Positions 39,087-48,987 of a DNA stretch of 64,000 nt are shown one piece after another (within the stretch, counting starts at the first letter, position 1; the number at the start of each line of letters is the position of its first letter). The notes under the pieces are model-generated. The model saw nothing but the letters and a program-made list of their open reading frames with translations. It searched no databases and was not told where the DNA came from. The stretch covers positions 704,001 through 768,000 of the forward strand of contig CAWHVC010000001.1 in the NCBI GenBank assembly GCA_963832745.1, read 5' to 3'. A program made the position numbers and the translations under genes. The stretch is from Candidatus Bathyarchaeota archaeon (lineage in GTDB: Archaea; Thermoproteota; Bathyarchaeia; Bathyarchaeales; Bathycorpusculaceae).

Positions 39087-41208
39087 GCCAAACGCCCCTG
39101 TTTTGGATAAGCCAAAGTTGCGAATTTATTACTTCTTCGCCTTCGTTAGGCACAACCATTTGATACGTTCCATCTGAAAGAAGTCTTCGAGCTTTAACGT
39201 TATCTTTAAGATGAATTTTGAGCATATCTTCAAGAATTACCTGCCGCACTCTCGAGTCTGGAACACTAAAAAGCACTTCAATACGTTCATTGAGGTTTCT
39301 AAACATTAAATCGGAACTGCCGATTAAAACTTCACTTTCGGCGCCCGCTTGGAAATAAAAAATTCTTGCATGTTCAAGAAAACGGCCAACAATAGAAATA
39401 ACTGAAATGTTATCACTAACACCTTTCAACCCAGGTCTTAAGCAACATAAACCGCGAACGTTCAAATCAATTTTAACTCCAGCGATTGAAGCCCGGTAAA
39501 GCGCTTGGATAACTTCAGTTTCTTCCAAATTGTTTAACTTAAAAGCAAGATACCCTTTGCCCGTCTTACGATGAAACGCTATTTCCCGGTCAATTCTTTT
39601 AAGGATTTCGCGTTTCAACGTTTTTGGTGCGACCAGAAGGTTTCTGAATTTAAATTCTTTTTCTTGAAGACCATTTTCCAATATGTTAAATAAGGCCTCA
39701 AGTTCTAAACCGACATCATGCCGAGCCGTTAAGTAGCCTATGTCACCGTAAATTTTAGCTGTCACTGCATTATAGTTGCCTGAACCAATATGAGAGTATC
39801 TAACAAGCGCTTCTTTTTCTCGTCTAACAATTAGGCAAAGTTTAGCGTGCACTTTAATTTTAGGGAAATTGTAAACTATTTCTACTCCTGCCCTTTTGAG
39901 ATTTGAAGCCAACAAAATGTTGTTTTCTTCATCAAACTTGGCTTTTAACTCAATTACAGCTACCACTTTTTTGCCATTCTGTGCAGCCTCTTTTAGGGCG
40001 TCAACAACCGGCGATTTTGCATCCATGCGGTACATTGTTATATAAATTTCCAAAACATTAACGTCAACCGCTGCTTCCTTAAGCAAGTCAACTATCACTT
40101 CAAAGCTATCATAAGGGTGATAAAGCACAACGTCACGTTTAGCAATGTTTTCAAAAATGTGTTTTCGAGAAGAAAGCGATGGTAAAACGTAAGGCATAAA
40201 CGTTTTGTCCTTTAGGTCCGGCCTGTTTATTTTAAGTAGTTGCCAAAGGTCTACAAATCCAAGTGGTGCATCGGTTTCATAAATCAAGTAATCGGGTAAC
40301 TTTAAGGACAAAGCAAGTTCGTCTCTAACAAAAGCAGGGGTTCTCTTGTCGAATTCAAGCCTGCTTGGAAAACCCAGTTTGCGTCTGCATAAACTCTTTT
40401 TAACGGAATTAAGAAAGTCAGAAGATTCATCCATCAAAATATCAATTTCGCCGTTACGTGTTAAACGGAAAGGGTAAGCAGTTAACGTTTTCTGGTTTGG
40501 AAAAACAAGGTCCAAATTGTTTGCTATTAAATCTTCAAGGAAAACGTACTTGTGGACTGTTTTTTCCAGTTTTTCTAATTCTAAAGCGTTCAAGTTATCG
40601 GGAATTTCTATTAGCCTGCCGAAGCGGTCAGCTGGAACGTCAAGTAGGTAAAAGTCATCTTTCTTAGAAAAACCCATCACAAAAAGATTAATGTGCAAAT
40701 TCTCAAGAGCAATATTATTACAACCTTTGGCTGGGACAATTATGTATGGCAAAATTTTATTTTGAAAGTGTAACCTCAAACCTGCTTTTTCTTGAATAGA
40801 TAATTCATCAAATTGTTTAATGTGAATATCTGATTTTGCCAATGCGGGGACAAGTTCATATCGCCAACAATCAGAATGACGCTGGATGAGTGGAAGGATT
40901 TCTTTACGGGTAGCATGAATTTGTTCGATAGCAGTTAAGCCGTCAACAGACCGCACGTCAGAGCCTTTATTGATCGTCTTTAAAAGCCTTGGAATACGTG
41001 TCATGAAAAACTCGTCTAAATTACTGCCACAAATCGCTAGAAACTTTATCCTTTCCAGTAGAGGATGCCAAAAATCTTTAGCTTCCTCAAGCACGCGAAC
41101 GTTAAACCTTATCCAGCTCAACTCGCGATTTATGAAATAATCCGGATTATCAAGTTGCTTTTTTATGGCAGAGTTAAAGTCTGGGTCAATATTGCTTGTG
41201 TCTAACAA
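39070..41208 (-). CDS. ppk1: Polyphosphate kinase 1
   Basis: NRELSWIRFNVRVL, NLDEFFM, HPYDSF, ELKAKFDEENN, KVHAK, GNYN, GRFLEHARI. Confidence 0.96.
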   Translation of the reverse strand: MLDTSNIDPDFNSAIKKQLDNPDYFINRELSWIRFNVRVLEEAKDFWHPLLERIKFLAICGSNLDEFFMTRIPRLLKTINKGSDVRSVDGLTAIEQIHATRKEILPLIQRHSDCWRYELVPALAKSDIHIKQFDELSIQEKAGLRLHFQNKILPYIIVPAKGCNNIALENLHINLFVMGFSKKDDFYLLDVPADRFGRLIEIPDNLNALELEKLEKTVHKYVFLEDLIANNLDLVFPNQKTLTAYPFRLTRNGEIDILMDESSDFLNSVKKSLCRRKLGFPSRLEFDKRTPAFVRDELALSLKLPDYLIYETDAPLGFVDLWQLLKINRPDLKDKTFMPYVLPSLSSRKHIFENIAKRDVVLYHPYDSFEVIVDLLKEAAVDVNVLEIYITMYRMDAKSPVVDALKEAAQNGKKVVAVIELKAKFDEENNILLASNLKRAGVEIVYNFPKIKVHAKLCLIVRREKEALVRYSHIGSGNYNAVTAKIYGDIGYLTARHDVGLELEALFNILENGLQEKEFKFRNLLVAPKTLKREILKRIDREIAFHRKTGKGYLAFKLNNLEETEVIQALYRASIAGVKIDLNVRGLCCLRPGLKGVSDNISVISIVGRFLEHARIFYFQAGAESEVLIGSSDLMFRNLNERIEVLFSVPDSRVRQVILEDMLKIHLKDNVKARRLLSDGTYQMVVPNEGEEVINSQLWLIQNRGVWHEYNR

Positions 41209-41519
41209 AGGTTTATTTCCCCGGAATTATTCGGCGCAAACCGCACCTTTTCGTCCGTTAAGAATAAAACAGCAAACGGTGACAGGAGAAGCACACGCTT
41301 TCAGTGGTTACGCTTCCTTACCAAGTAATCAACATCTGTCTTTTTAATTTTACGAACAGCAAATGTTTCATATTCGAAAAGAGGAGCTTTCTTGTCCATG
41401 GATTTCACCTTGGTACAGTTAGCAACCAATGAAGCCATTAAATTCTACGAAAATAGACTCTATAGTCTCCATTAGTTTATATAGGAAAAGTTTAAGTATA
41501 AAACGATTTAGTACAACTT

Positions 41520-41987
41520 ATGAATTCTTTAACTCTTAAAGACAGAAGCTTTTCTGAATTTACACTCCTAAAAGAAATCGTTTTTTCATGTGTACCAAAC
41601 GATAAAGGATGCGTTATAGTTTTAGCTGACAAAACATTAGCAGAAACACCAACTTCAGACATTATTTACATTGGCAAATCCAAGAAGCCGGCCAAACGGG
41701 TCTTCGGCGGCTACCTTTCAGGTTACGGTGGAAAAACAAACAAAAAAATTAACTCAAAACTGTTCAATGAAGGATTCTTGGAAAAAATTTTAATCAGTTG
41801 GTTACCAAGCGAGGACCCAAAAGCATCACAGGAAGAACTGCTTGAAGCCTTCAAAAAAGAGCATGGAAGCTACCCGGCATGGAACAATAAGAAAACTGAA
41901 AAAGTTCAGCCTAAACCAAAAACTCAACGGACAACTAAACCAGTTAAAGCCAAACCAACCATCAAATCCGTAGGCAACAAAGCCTAA
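41520..41987 (+). CDS. GIY-YIG-like hypothetical protein with a Lys-rich tail
   Basis: IIYIGKS...KR...EELLEAFKKEHGSYPAWN; first Tyr motif degenerate (GCVIV). Confidence 0.6.
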   Translation: MNSLTLKDRSFSEFTLLKEIVFSCVPNDKGCVIVLADKTLAETPTSDIIYIGKSKKPAKRVFGGYLSGYGGKTNKKINSKLFNEGFLEKILISWLPSEDPKASQEELLEAFKKEHGSYPAWNNKKTEKVQPKPKTQRTTKPVKAKPTIKSVGNKA

Positions 41988-42115
41988 TTTATTTTTAGCA
42001 ATAGTAACTTTTACACAGCTTTTTTGTATCGATTTATTTCTTTTTTACATGTTAAAGATGGTAAAAAGCAGCTAATGTTTATAGAGGGAATTTGGAAAGA
42101 TGGTAAGCTTGGAGT

Positions 42116-42385
42116 TTAGCTTACTAATTCAACAATTGTTCCTAAAGCTTGACCTGGAACAGGGGTTGCAAATTTTGCTCTGACCATACCGTTTTTTCCG
42201 TGGATGCCAACTATTTTTCCTGTTAAAGCACTTTTGCCGCTTTTCCAAGTTACTTTTTGTCCAAGGAGTTTTCCAGCTAAAGAAACGGAGGTTACGTTAT
42301 CAAATGCGATTAAGCATTCTTTTGGTTGTTGAGACTTAGGGCCGATACGATAATTTGTTATTCTGCCGAATGTTTTTTGTGACAA
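42116..42385 (-). CDS. rpl35ae: 50S ribosomal protein L35Ae
   Basis: GRITNYRIGPKSQQPKECLI...GKIVGIHGKNGMVRAKF...PGQALG. Confidence 0.93.
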   Translation of the reverse strand: MSQKTFGRITNYRIGPKSQQPKECLIAFDNVTSVSLAGKLLGQKVTWKSGKSALTGKIVGIHGKNGMVRAKFATPVPGQALGTIVELVS

Positions 42386-42548
42386 GATTATTCACCAATA
42401 TGATGCCCTCTGTAATGATTGGTAGCATTTAAAGTATTAGTCACAAGAGTTCTTGTTCTTGCAATATCTTAGTGTTTTCCAAAATATTGATAAAATTAAC
42501 ACTAAAACTCTAAGAATTTAAGCTTAACAACCCAGAAGTCTTCTACGT

Positions 42549-43013
42549 TTAACTTTTTTGACTTACCAATGTTTTTCTTCGGACAATTCCAGTGTAAACC
42601 GAAAAAGCAAGAACAGAAACTAATAACGCAACCTTGTAAACTGTAGCCTCTTGAAACAATGAAACAACCACAAGTATCAAGGGCAAAACACTTAGCAGCA
42701 AATAAGCCAATGGAAACAACTTCAAAGCCCGCCGATTAACATTTACAACAACTTGCTTGCTAAAGAAAAGTTCAGGCAGTTTACCCATACCGATAGTACA
42801 GGTTTTACATAAGAAACAAGAGACACAACCATGTTTGCCTATCTCGTAAAATATCAAGAAAGCAGTAGCTGCAAAATACAGGACAGCCACTAAGGGAATA
42901 AAGAGAGCACAACAGAAGGCGCCTAAAACAATCCAAAGAACAATCGCCAAGTTACCGAAAACCAATGCACGCATGGAATAAGTTTTTTGTTGAATTTTTG
43001 GATTTTTCGCCAT
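42549..43013 (-). CDS. Four-TM membrane protein with a CxxCxxCxxC loop
   Basis: GCVSCFLCKTCTIGMGKL between two TM pairs; starts 6 nt after the GMC gene stop. Confidence 0.75.
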   Translation of the reverse strand: MAKNPKIQQKTYSMRALVFGNLAIVLWIVLGAFCCALFIPLVAVLYFAATAFLIFYEIGKHGCVSCFLCKTCTIGMGKLPELFFSKQVVVNVNRRALKLFPLAYLLLSVLPLILVVVSLFQEATVYKVALLVSVLAFSVYTGIVRRKTLVSQKS

Positions 43014-43019
43014 GGTCCT

Positions 43020-44327
43020 TTACGCCTTTAACTGTTTGCCATTTTGTTGGATGATTTTTCTGGTTACTCGTAAAGATAACGCCGAAGTAGTTAACATTGA
43101 CGGCAATCCTTGGGAACGTGGCATCAGTGAGAGGTCAGCAACCCAAAGGTTTTGGGGCAGCCAGGAAGGATGCATTGTTTCAACGTCTTCTTTAGTTAGG
43201 GGCACGGTACCGCCAAGATGTCCACCATGAATCATCCCGTCAACAAATGGACCTGAAACATCCGAAGCCTGCATTATTTTTATTGCCTCATCTCGTGCTG
43301 TGTCGAGATTTTCGTAGTCTTCCTTGGTTAACGTTTTAGTAACTGTGCCGTCAGCGCCAACAATTCCCTGTTCAGTATCGGCCAATTTAATCATCATACC
43401 AACCCTGTCATCAGCGGATACGTTTTTCCATGGTTTATGGAGCCAAAACGAGAGTAAGTCAAAGTATGGTGAGAGAATATATTTGTCTCTTTTTATGTAC
43501 CAAACCATGGGCGGCTCGTTTAACATTTTAGAACCTTTTGAAACGCCGCCGACAGTGAGCACGATGTCAACCCATAGTCGGTCTTTTGCGGGCAAATTGG
43601 ATGCTTTGAGGATTTGGGCTGTGCCGATGCCTCCTGCTGAGAGAACCACAAAGTCAGCGTTAAACTGTTGAGTTTGTGAGCCGTGACTAACCAATACTCC
43701 GGTTGCTCGTCCGTCCTCAAGGAGCACTTTTTCTGCTTTTGTGTTTGTCAAAAGTGTGATGCCCCTGTCCAGATATTCGGTATAGACGCGTCTGCTGTCC
43801 CATTTTGCGCCTGTTATGCAGCCTAATTCGCAGTAGCCGCAGCCTACGCATTTGTTTAAATCTACAACTTTCGGTGTAGGCTTAGGTGAATAACCTAAAG
43901 TTTTGGCTTTGTCGAACATTTGTTGAGTGAGGGGGCGCCATCTTTCGCATGGTGTAGGCGCAATTGTGAGGCTGTTTTCGATTTCGTCGTACTCTTTTGA
44001 CAAGTCAAGTCCAATTTCTTTAAGGCCACCTTCAGCGCGCACCATGTTGCCGGTTGAGATTGGGGTGCAGCCGCCTTCGGTTACGCCTCTGAAAATAATC
44101 AAGTCTTTGCCTGAACGGTTAACGGCGTAATGAGGAAACACACGGCGGATGGAGCTTGCATCGCTTAGCGGCCAAGAACCTCTAAAGGAGCTGAGCAGTG
44201 ATATTTTGTGTGTTAATGGTTTGAAGGGTTTGCCGGCTTCTATAAGGGTGACTTCGTAACCGTTTTTTGCTAGTTCCCGGGCTGCCACTGACCCGCCGGT
44301 ACCTGAACCGACTATGATTGCTTTCAT
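43020..44327 (-). CDS. GMC-family FAD oxidoreductase with an Fe-S-like Cys motif
   Basis: IIVGSGTGGSVAA, CVGCGYCELGC, VVLSAGGIGTAQIL, HLGGT, LWVADLSLMP. Confidence 0.9.
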   Translation of the reverse strand: MKAIIVGSGTGGSVAARELAKNGYEVTLIEAGKPFKPLTHKISLLSSFRGSWPLSDASSIRRVFPHYAVNRSGKDLIIFRGVTEGGCTPISTGNMVRAEGGLKEIGLDLSKEYDEIENSLTIAPTPCERWRPLTQQMFDKAKTLGYSPKPTPKVVDLNKCVGCGYCELGCITGAKWDSRRVYTEYLDRGITLLTNTKAEKVLLEDGRATGVLVSHGSQTQQFNADFVVLSAGGIGTAQILKASNLPAKDRLWVDIVLTVGGVSKGSKMLNEPPMVWYIKRDKYILSPYFDLLSFWLHKPWKNVSADDRVGMMIKLADTEQGIVGADGTVTKTLTKEDYENLDTARDEAIKIMQASDVSGPFVDGMIHGGHLGGTVPLTKEDVETMHPSWLPQNLWVADLSLMPRSQGLPSMLTTSALSLRVTRKIIQQNGKQLKA

Positions 44328-44947
44328 ATAATTGGCTCCTTTATTTTGAAGTAAATGTTTGCTTTGCAGTTTTCACAGCCGCTTGTCATGTATTGGCTAA
44401 ATTGGAGCCGTACATTTGGCTGTAACCCTTTTATTACGCCTTCATCAGTGGCGCTTAAAATTTCGCAGGTTAACTGGGAATATTTTTTTGCCAGAGCACA
44501 ATGGTTAATGGTGACTTTCGCGTTGGAGTTGTCAACCATTTCTATGCTGAAGGTTATGCCCAATATTCGATAGAGTATCTTGGCAGCCTTAATCAAGTCC
44601 GCTTGGTTATTGCCTACGCCTAGTTTAATGCGTGATTGTTTGCCCAAGTTTTCGCCTACTGAGAACAAAGCCGCTCGCCCGAGCTCAACTGCCTTTTCAT
44701 GTCCAACGGCATTTTGGAGGGTTTCAACCATTTTCACATGGGTTTGAGCCATGTTTAATCTTTGCTCTTCAATACTGGTGGAGACCTCTTGTTTTGTTTG
44801 TAAAATAGGTTCTCGCGGAGCATATTTTTTTATTAAACTTTGAAGCGCCATTGTGGTCTGATTTGATACTTCTGCAAGTTCTCTACGGATAACATACCGT
44901 GGAGTCCACCAATACAAAAACAGCAACCTCAAACCCATGTTATTCAC
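44324..44947 (-). CDS. ATC-hydrolase-like / V4R-fold protein
   Basis: INHCALAK...CEILSATDEGVIKG...YMTSGCENC. Confidence 0.7.
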   Translation of the reverse strand: MNNMGLRLLFLYWWTPRYVIRRELAEVSNQTTMALQSLIKKYAPREPILQTKQEVSTSIEEQRLNMAQTHVKMVETLQNAVGHEKAVELGRAALFSVGENLGKQSRIKLGVGNNQADLIKAAKILYRILGITFSIEMVDNSNAKVTINHCALAKKYSQLTCEILSATDEGVIKGLQPNVRLQFSQYMTSGCENCKANIYFKIKEPII

Positions 44948-47747
44948 CCTGCTTTTCTACACCGCCAAAATGAACTTGCACGGTGAGTTTAGCGTCGTTG
45001 TAAAGAGCATCAATTATTTTAGCGTTTTTCTGGAAGGCAATGTTTCGTTTTAGTTTCAGGTTTGGAGTAATATCTCCATTTTCAATCGTCAAATCGTTTG
45101 GAAGAAGCGCCCATTTCTTAATTTTTTCGGGGTTTGAAAGGTGCTTATTCATTTCTTCAATAGCGTGGTCAATAACTGCAAATGTGGCTTGGTTGAAGCT
45201 TTTTTTGTCAACCCAGAGAAGCGCCGTGCAGTACGGTTTAGATTCACCAATCAGCAACGCTTCAGATACGGTGTGCAACTCTTTTAGCATGCCTTCGATT
45301 TTTCCGCAGTAAATACATTTGCCATAGGAAGTTTTTATTAACTCTTTTTTGCGTCCATAAATGATTAGGCTATCTTCATTGGTCAATTTACCTGTGTCGC
45401 CAGTCATTAACCAGCCATCTTTTAATGGTGACTCGAGGGTTTTGTCGAAGTAGCCGACGGTTACCTGTGGACCTTTAACCATTACTTCACCGTCCTCGGC
45501 GATCCTTACCTGCGTGAAGGGCATAGGTTCACCAACGGTACCAATCCGGTTTCTTCCAAGCCGATTCAGCGTCACCAGTGGAGCCTCAGTTAACCCGTAA
45601 GCATTATAGATTTCTACGCCGAGTTCACGGTAATTCTCCAGAAGAGACTCTTCAGAGCTGGCTGAACCAACAATCAGTTGGGCGCATTTGTTTAATCCTG
45701 CTTTTTTAAGTGTGACATTTCTAAGTGTTCGGCGAAATATCGTTTTTAGCAATCTACTTTTTGTTTTTATGTAGAGGCATCCGAGTGAGTTTTTTTGTAG
45801 GGCTTCCCAGACCTTTTCGTAAACACGTGGAACCGAAAAGAACACAGTTGGTCGCACATGGGGTAGTTCTTCTTGAAGTTTTCGGAAGTCTTCAAGGAAA
45901 TAAATCTCCATTGGCGCTGGAACATAATAAGGCGAGTAGGTTGCGAGTATTCCTTCTACAACATGCCCCATGGGTAGAAAGGATAGGTAACGATTTTTAC
46001 GGTTTCTTGCTGTCCAAGAGGTTATAGAAACTATAGATTCAGCCATATAACGCAGGTTTTCGTGTTTAAAGATGGCGCCTTTTGGTTTGCCCGTCGTGCC
46101 AGATGAATATCGTAAGGTTGCGATGTCTCCAAAACCGATTGGAGCCCGAATGGAAAGAGGTTGGGTTGTAGCTTTGGATAAGAAATCTTCCCAGCTAAGT
46201 ACTGGTCGGTTAAAATCATGGGGCAGTGGGGTTCGGCAGATTGAAACTATTGGCACATTAGTGGTTAATTCTTTGGCGCGAACCAGAAGGCTTGGCATGC
46301 CAATGAAGAAGATTTTTGCGCCACTTGCCTCCAAAACACTGTTGATGTCTGCTGGAGGCGTGGTATAATATAATGGAACGCTTATTGCCCCTGCAAGCCC
46401 AATTGCTATGTCAACAACCAAATATTTCGAATTGTTCAAACCCGTCAACGCTACTCGATCGCCGGGAGCCACACCAAAAGCATGAAGAGCACGGGTTGCC
46501 GCCAAAATCTCTTCACGCATCTCTTGAGCAGTTTTCTTTACGACTTTGCCTTCAACTATGTCGTAGTAGGTGATAGGGTATCTTTTGCTTTCTAACCGAA
46601 ACAGTACCTGTTCATGGACTGTGCGGTCTGAACGGTGAAAGAAGCTGGTGTAAACCGCGTATTCTAACAGTTTAGGCATTACTTGACGCCAATCAAAATC
46701 GTAGGTACCTATTAGTTTGTCAAGGTTGTCTCTTTTGAATTGGCGGTTTTCGCTAAAATATGGCGAAAGAGAGATTAAAGCGTCTGAAACTCTGCGGTCA
46801 CCTGTGAAGGCTCGTTGAAGTTTTAGGGCAGTCTTCATTGAACCAGCGGAAAGCGGCAGAAAAACAGGGTTGGGTAATTTGCAGTTTAACTCGGTTTTTG
46901 CCCATTTTTGCACGAAATCAAGCAGGTCACCAATCTGTGGCAACGAATCGTGAGGCGCTAAAACATGGAAGGTTAAACCTTCAGCTTTAGGCTCAAACGT
47001 CAACTTAGCTATGACTTTTGCAACGTAATCAACGGGAACAATGTTGATTTTTAGGTTGCGGTTTACGGGCATGAGGCGCATTTTGCCTGTTAAGTAAAGC
47101 CGTAGTGGAAAGTAGAAGGTATTGAATGTTTTGATAGCGCCAGTTTTTGAGTCACCTACAACCATAGAGGGTCGAAAAACGGAAATGTGCAACTCGGTTT
47201 TGGCTTGTTGTACAAGTTTTTCGCCTTCATACTTACTACCTTCATAATCAGTGAAGAAGCCGTATTGGTCGGTTAACTGGTCTTCAGGGATTTCGCCTGT
47301 TGCGCCGCCTGCCACATAAGCAGTGGAAACGTGGGATAATCTTTCCAAATGATGATGCTTGTTGACTTCCTTGGCGAGAGTAACCACGTTTGCGGTTCCT
47401 TGAACGTTCGTTTTTCTGAGTTCTTCAAGGGGGATAAAACGCCAGTCAGCCGCCGTGTGGATAATGTGGGTGATTTTTTGAATCAATTCTGAGTATTGGG
47501 TTTCGTTTAAACTGAAACTGGGTAAGCTTACATCAGCAGCTACGGCTTGAATTCTTGAGTCTAAAGCCGCAATCAGTTCAGGGTGGTCCCACCATTCCCG
47601 CTCAAGTTTAAACCGAGCAGCCTCATCGTTAACTGCCCTGACAAGTGCAATTATAGTTACATCTTTGTCAGCAACGAGATTTCGGGCGACTTGGGTAGCA
47701 ATGAACCCGTTTGCACCCGTCAACAGGACCGTTTTCAGTTTAACCAC
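44940..47747 (-). CDS. Fusion of an extended-SDR thioester/fatty-acyl reductase (N) and a long-chain acyl-CoA synthetase (C)
   Basis: TGANGFIA, HTAA, NVQGT, HVSTAYV, YEGSK, RPSMVVG, VPVDYV; then YSSGTTGKPKG, SFLPMGHV, YGLTE, TGDTG, GRKKELI, TPNLKLKR. Confidence 0.92.
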   Translation of the reverse strand: MVKLKTVLLTGANGFIATQVARNLVADKDVTIIALVRAVNDEAARFKLEREWWDHPELIAALDSRIQAVAADVSLPSFSLNETQYSELIQKITHIIHTAADWRFIPLEELRKTNVQGTANVVTLAKEVNKHHHLERLSHVSTAYVAGGATGEIPEDQLTDQYGFFTDYEGSKYEGEKLVQQAKTELHISVFRPSMVVGDSKTGAIKTFNTFYFPLRLYLTGKMRLMPVNRNLKINIVPVDYVAKVIAKLTFEPKAEGLTFHVLAPHDSLPQIGDLLDFVQKWAKTELNCKLPNPVFLPLSAGSMKTALKLQRAFTGDRRVSDALISLSPYFSENRQFKRDNLDKLIGTYDFDWRQVMPKLLEYAVYTSFFHRSDRTVHEQVLFRLESKRYPITYYDIVEGKVVKKTAQEMREEILAATRALHAFGVAPGDRVALTGLNNSKYLVVDIAIGLAGAISVPLYYTTPPADINSVLEASGAKIFFIGMPSLLVRAKELTTNVPIVSICRTPLPHDFNRPVLSWEDFLSKATTQPLSIRAPIGFGDIATLRYSSGTTGKPKGAIFKHENLRYMAESIVSITSWTARNRKNRYLSFLPMGHVVEGILATYSPYYVPAPMEIYFLEDFRKLQEELPHVRPTVFFSVPRVYEKVWEALQKNSLGCLYIKTKSRLLKTIFRRTLRNVTLKKAGLNKCAQLIVGSASSEESLLENYRELGVEIYNAYGLTEAPLVTLNRLGRNRIGTVGEPMPFTQVRIAEDGEVMVKGPQVTVGYFDKTLESPLKDGWLMTGDTGKLTNEDSLIIYGRKKELIKTSYGKCIYCGKIEGMLKELHTVSEALLIGESKPYCTALLWVDKKSFNQATFAVIDHAIEEMNKHLSNPEKIKKWALLPNDLTIENGDITPNLKLKRNIAFQKNAKIIDALYNDAKLTVQVHFGGVEKQGE

Positions 47748-48970
47748 TCCGGATGTTTTTCTTCCAAGAACCCTCGGAAGAGCTGAATGTTTCGTTTCTC
47801 GCGGGCAACGTATTGTTGCAAACCGTTTTGAAGGGTATTTCTTAAATTACTGCTTTGATTAAGAAGTGTTTCAACGTTTTCGCTTAACTTCTTGTAGCGG
47901 TCTGGGTCTTCATGGTCTACAAACAATTCAGGAATGCCCAAGTCTGAATAGAAGTCTTGGATTCGCAAGTCATGTCCGATTGCTGTTTGCGGCACCAGAC
48001 TTGGCAAGGAAAGAACCCCAGCATGATACCGTGAAGTAATCAGCAAGTCCAAGCTTCGCAACACACTGGTCATTTGTGAAGCGTTGTAATTGATTGAACT
48101 GAACACTTTGGTTCTGTCAGCATGCTTCATGTGTTGTTGGATTTTAGTTGTGAAAGTTGTGTCTAAGCCTTCCATGCTTAACAAGGCTACGTCTTTATCG
48201 TACTTTTCTACCAACTCGTCAGCCTGCACAGCTAAAACTTCAGCCAACAAACCGCTCTTTTCTTGGCAGGATTTTGAATGCTGATAATAGTAAGGCCATC
48301 TGTAGCAATGCTTTTTTCTGCCCCAAGGACGCATTTGAACGGGCCAAATGTAAATGTCTTCGGCAGCTAACCCAACAACGTGAGATGCCTGTGGCCAGAC
48401 ACGTTTAAGCAAATCCGCATCTTGAGGTTTTGGTTTAAACGCGAACGCGTTGTCCGCTGTAACTTCGATTGGGGCATTAACTTGCCATTTGCGTAGACGT
48501 TCAGCTGCTTTGTTGGTCCGCGCCATTATGAGGTCTGTTTTGCTTGCTTCCCTGCGGATTAGCCATCGGTTGAAACGTGAAGCAGATCCAGCATCAACCG
48601 AGTAGGCTATGCAGGGTTTTTTCATTGAATGCGCGTATCTTGTGGCAAGGAGATAATACCAGAGAAGTGCTTGCCCCCATGTGTCCAGGTAGCAGCTGCC
48701 TTCAACAATCACGATTAAATCGTTCTGCTTAACTAAATTATAAATATCAATGGGGAACACAGAGGGTCGTACAGGCTTGATTTTTAGGTTTGAGCTTTCC
48801 TGCAGGTACCTTCGAAGGTTTGCCTCGTTTAATGTGGGCACTGTAAATATTGCGTCTTGACCAAGAATTGAACGTATTTCGTCAATTATAACGAGAAGCT
48901 TAGCCTCGGCTCCAGTATTATTCGCCCCGTTATAGCCCACGAGCAAAATTCTTGGATTCAACCTACACAA
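47735..48970 (-). CDS. Polysaccharide pyruvyl transferase family protein
   Basis: VGYNGANNTGAEA, VTADNAF, LITSRYHAGV. Confidence 0.82.
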   Translation of the reverse strand: MCRLNPRILLVGYNGANNTGAEAKLLVIIDEIRSILGQDAIFTVPTLNEANLRRYLQESSNLKIKPVRPSVFPIDIYNLVKQNDLIVIVEGSCYLDTWGQALLWYYLLATRYAHSMKKPCIAYSVDAGSASRFNRWLIRREASKTDLIMARTNKAAERLRKWQVNAPIEVTADNAFAFKPKPQDADLLKRVWPQASHVVGLAAEDIYIWPVQMRPWGRKKHCYRWPYYYQHSKSCQEKSGLLAEVLAVQADELVEKYDKDVALLSMEGLDTTFTTKIQQHMKHADRTKVFSSINYNASQMTSVLRSLDLLITSRYHAGVLSLPSLVPQTAIGHDLRIQDFYSDLGIPELFVDHEDPDRYKKLSENVETLLNQSSNLRNTLQNGLQQYVAREKRNIQLFRGFLEEKHPEWLN

Positions 48971-48987
48971 ACCCCCATTTTTCGGAA

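Noticed and set aside
41209-41400. Possible small gene upstream of ppk1 (ATG after an AGGTGA site)
   Set aside because: The frame stops after 23 codons and the alternative frame has a stop; no recognisable family
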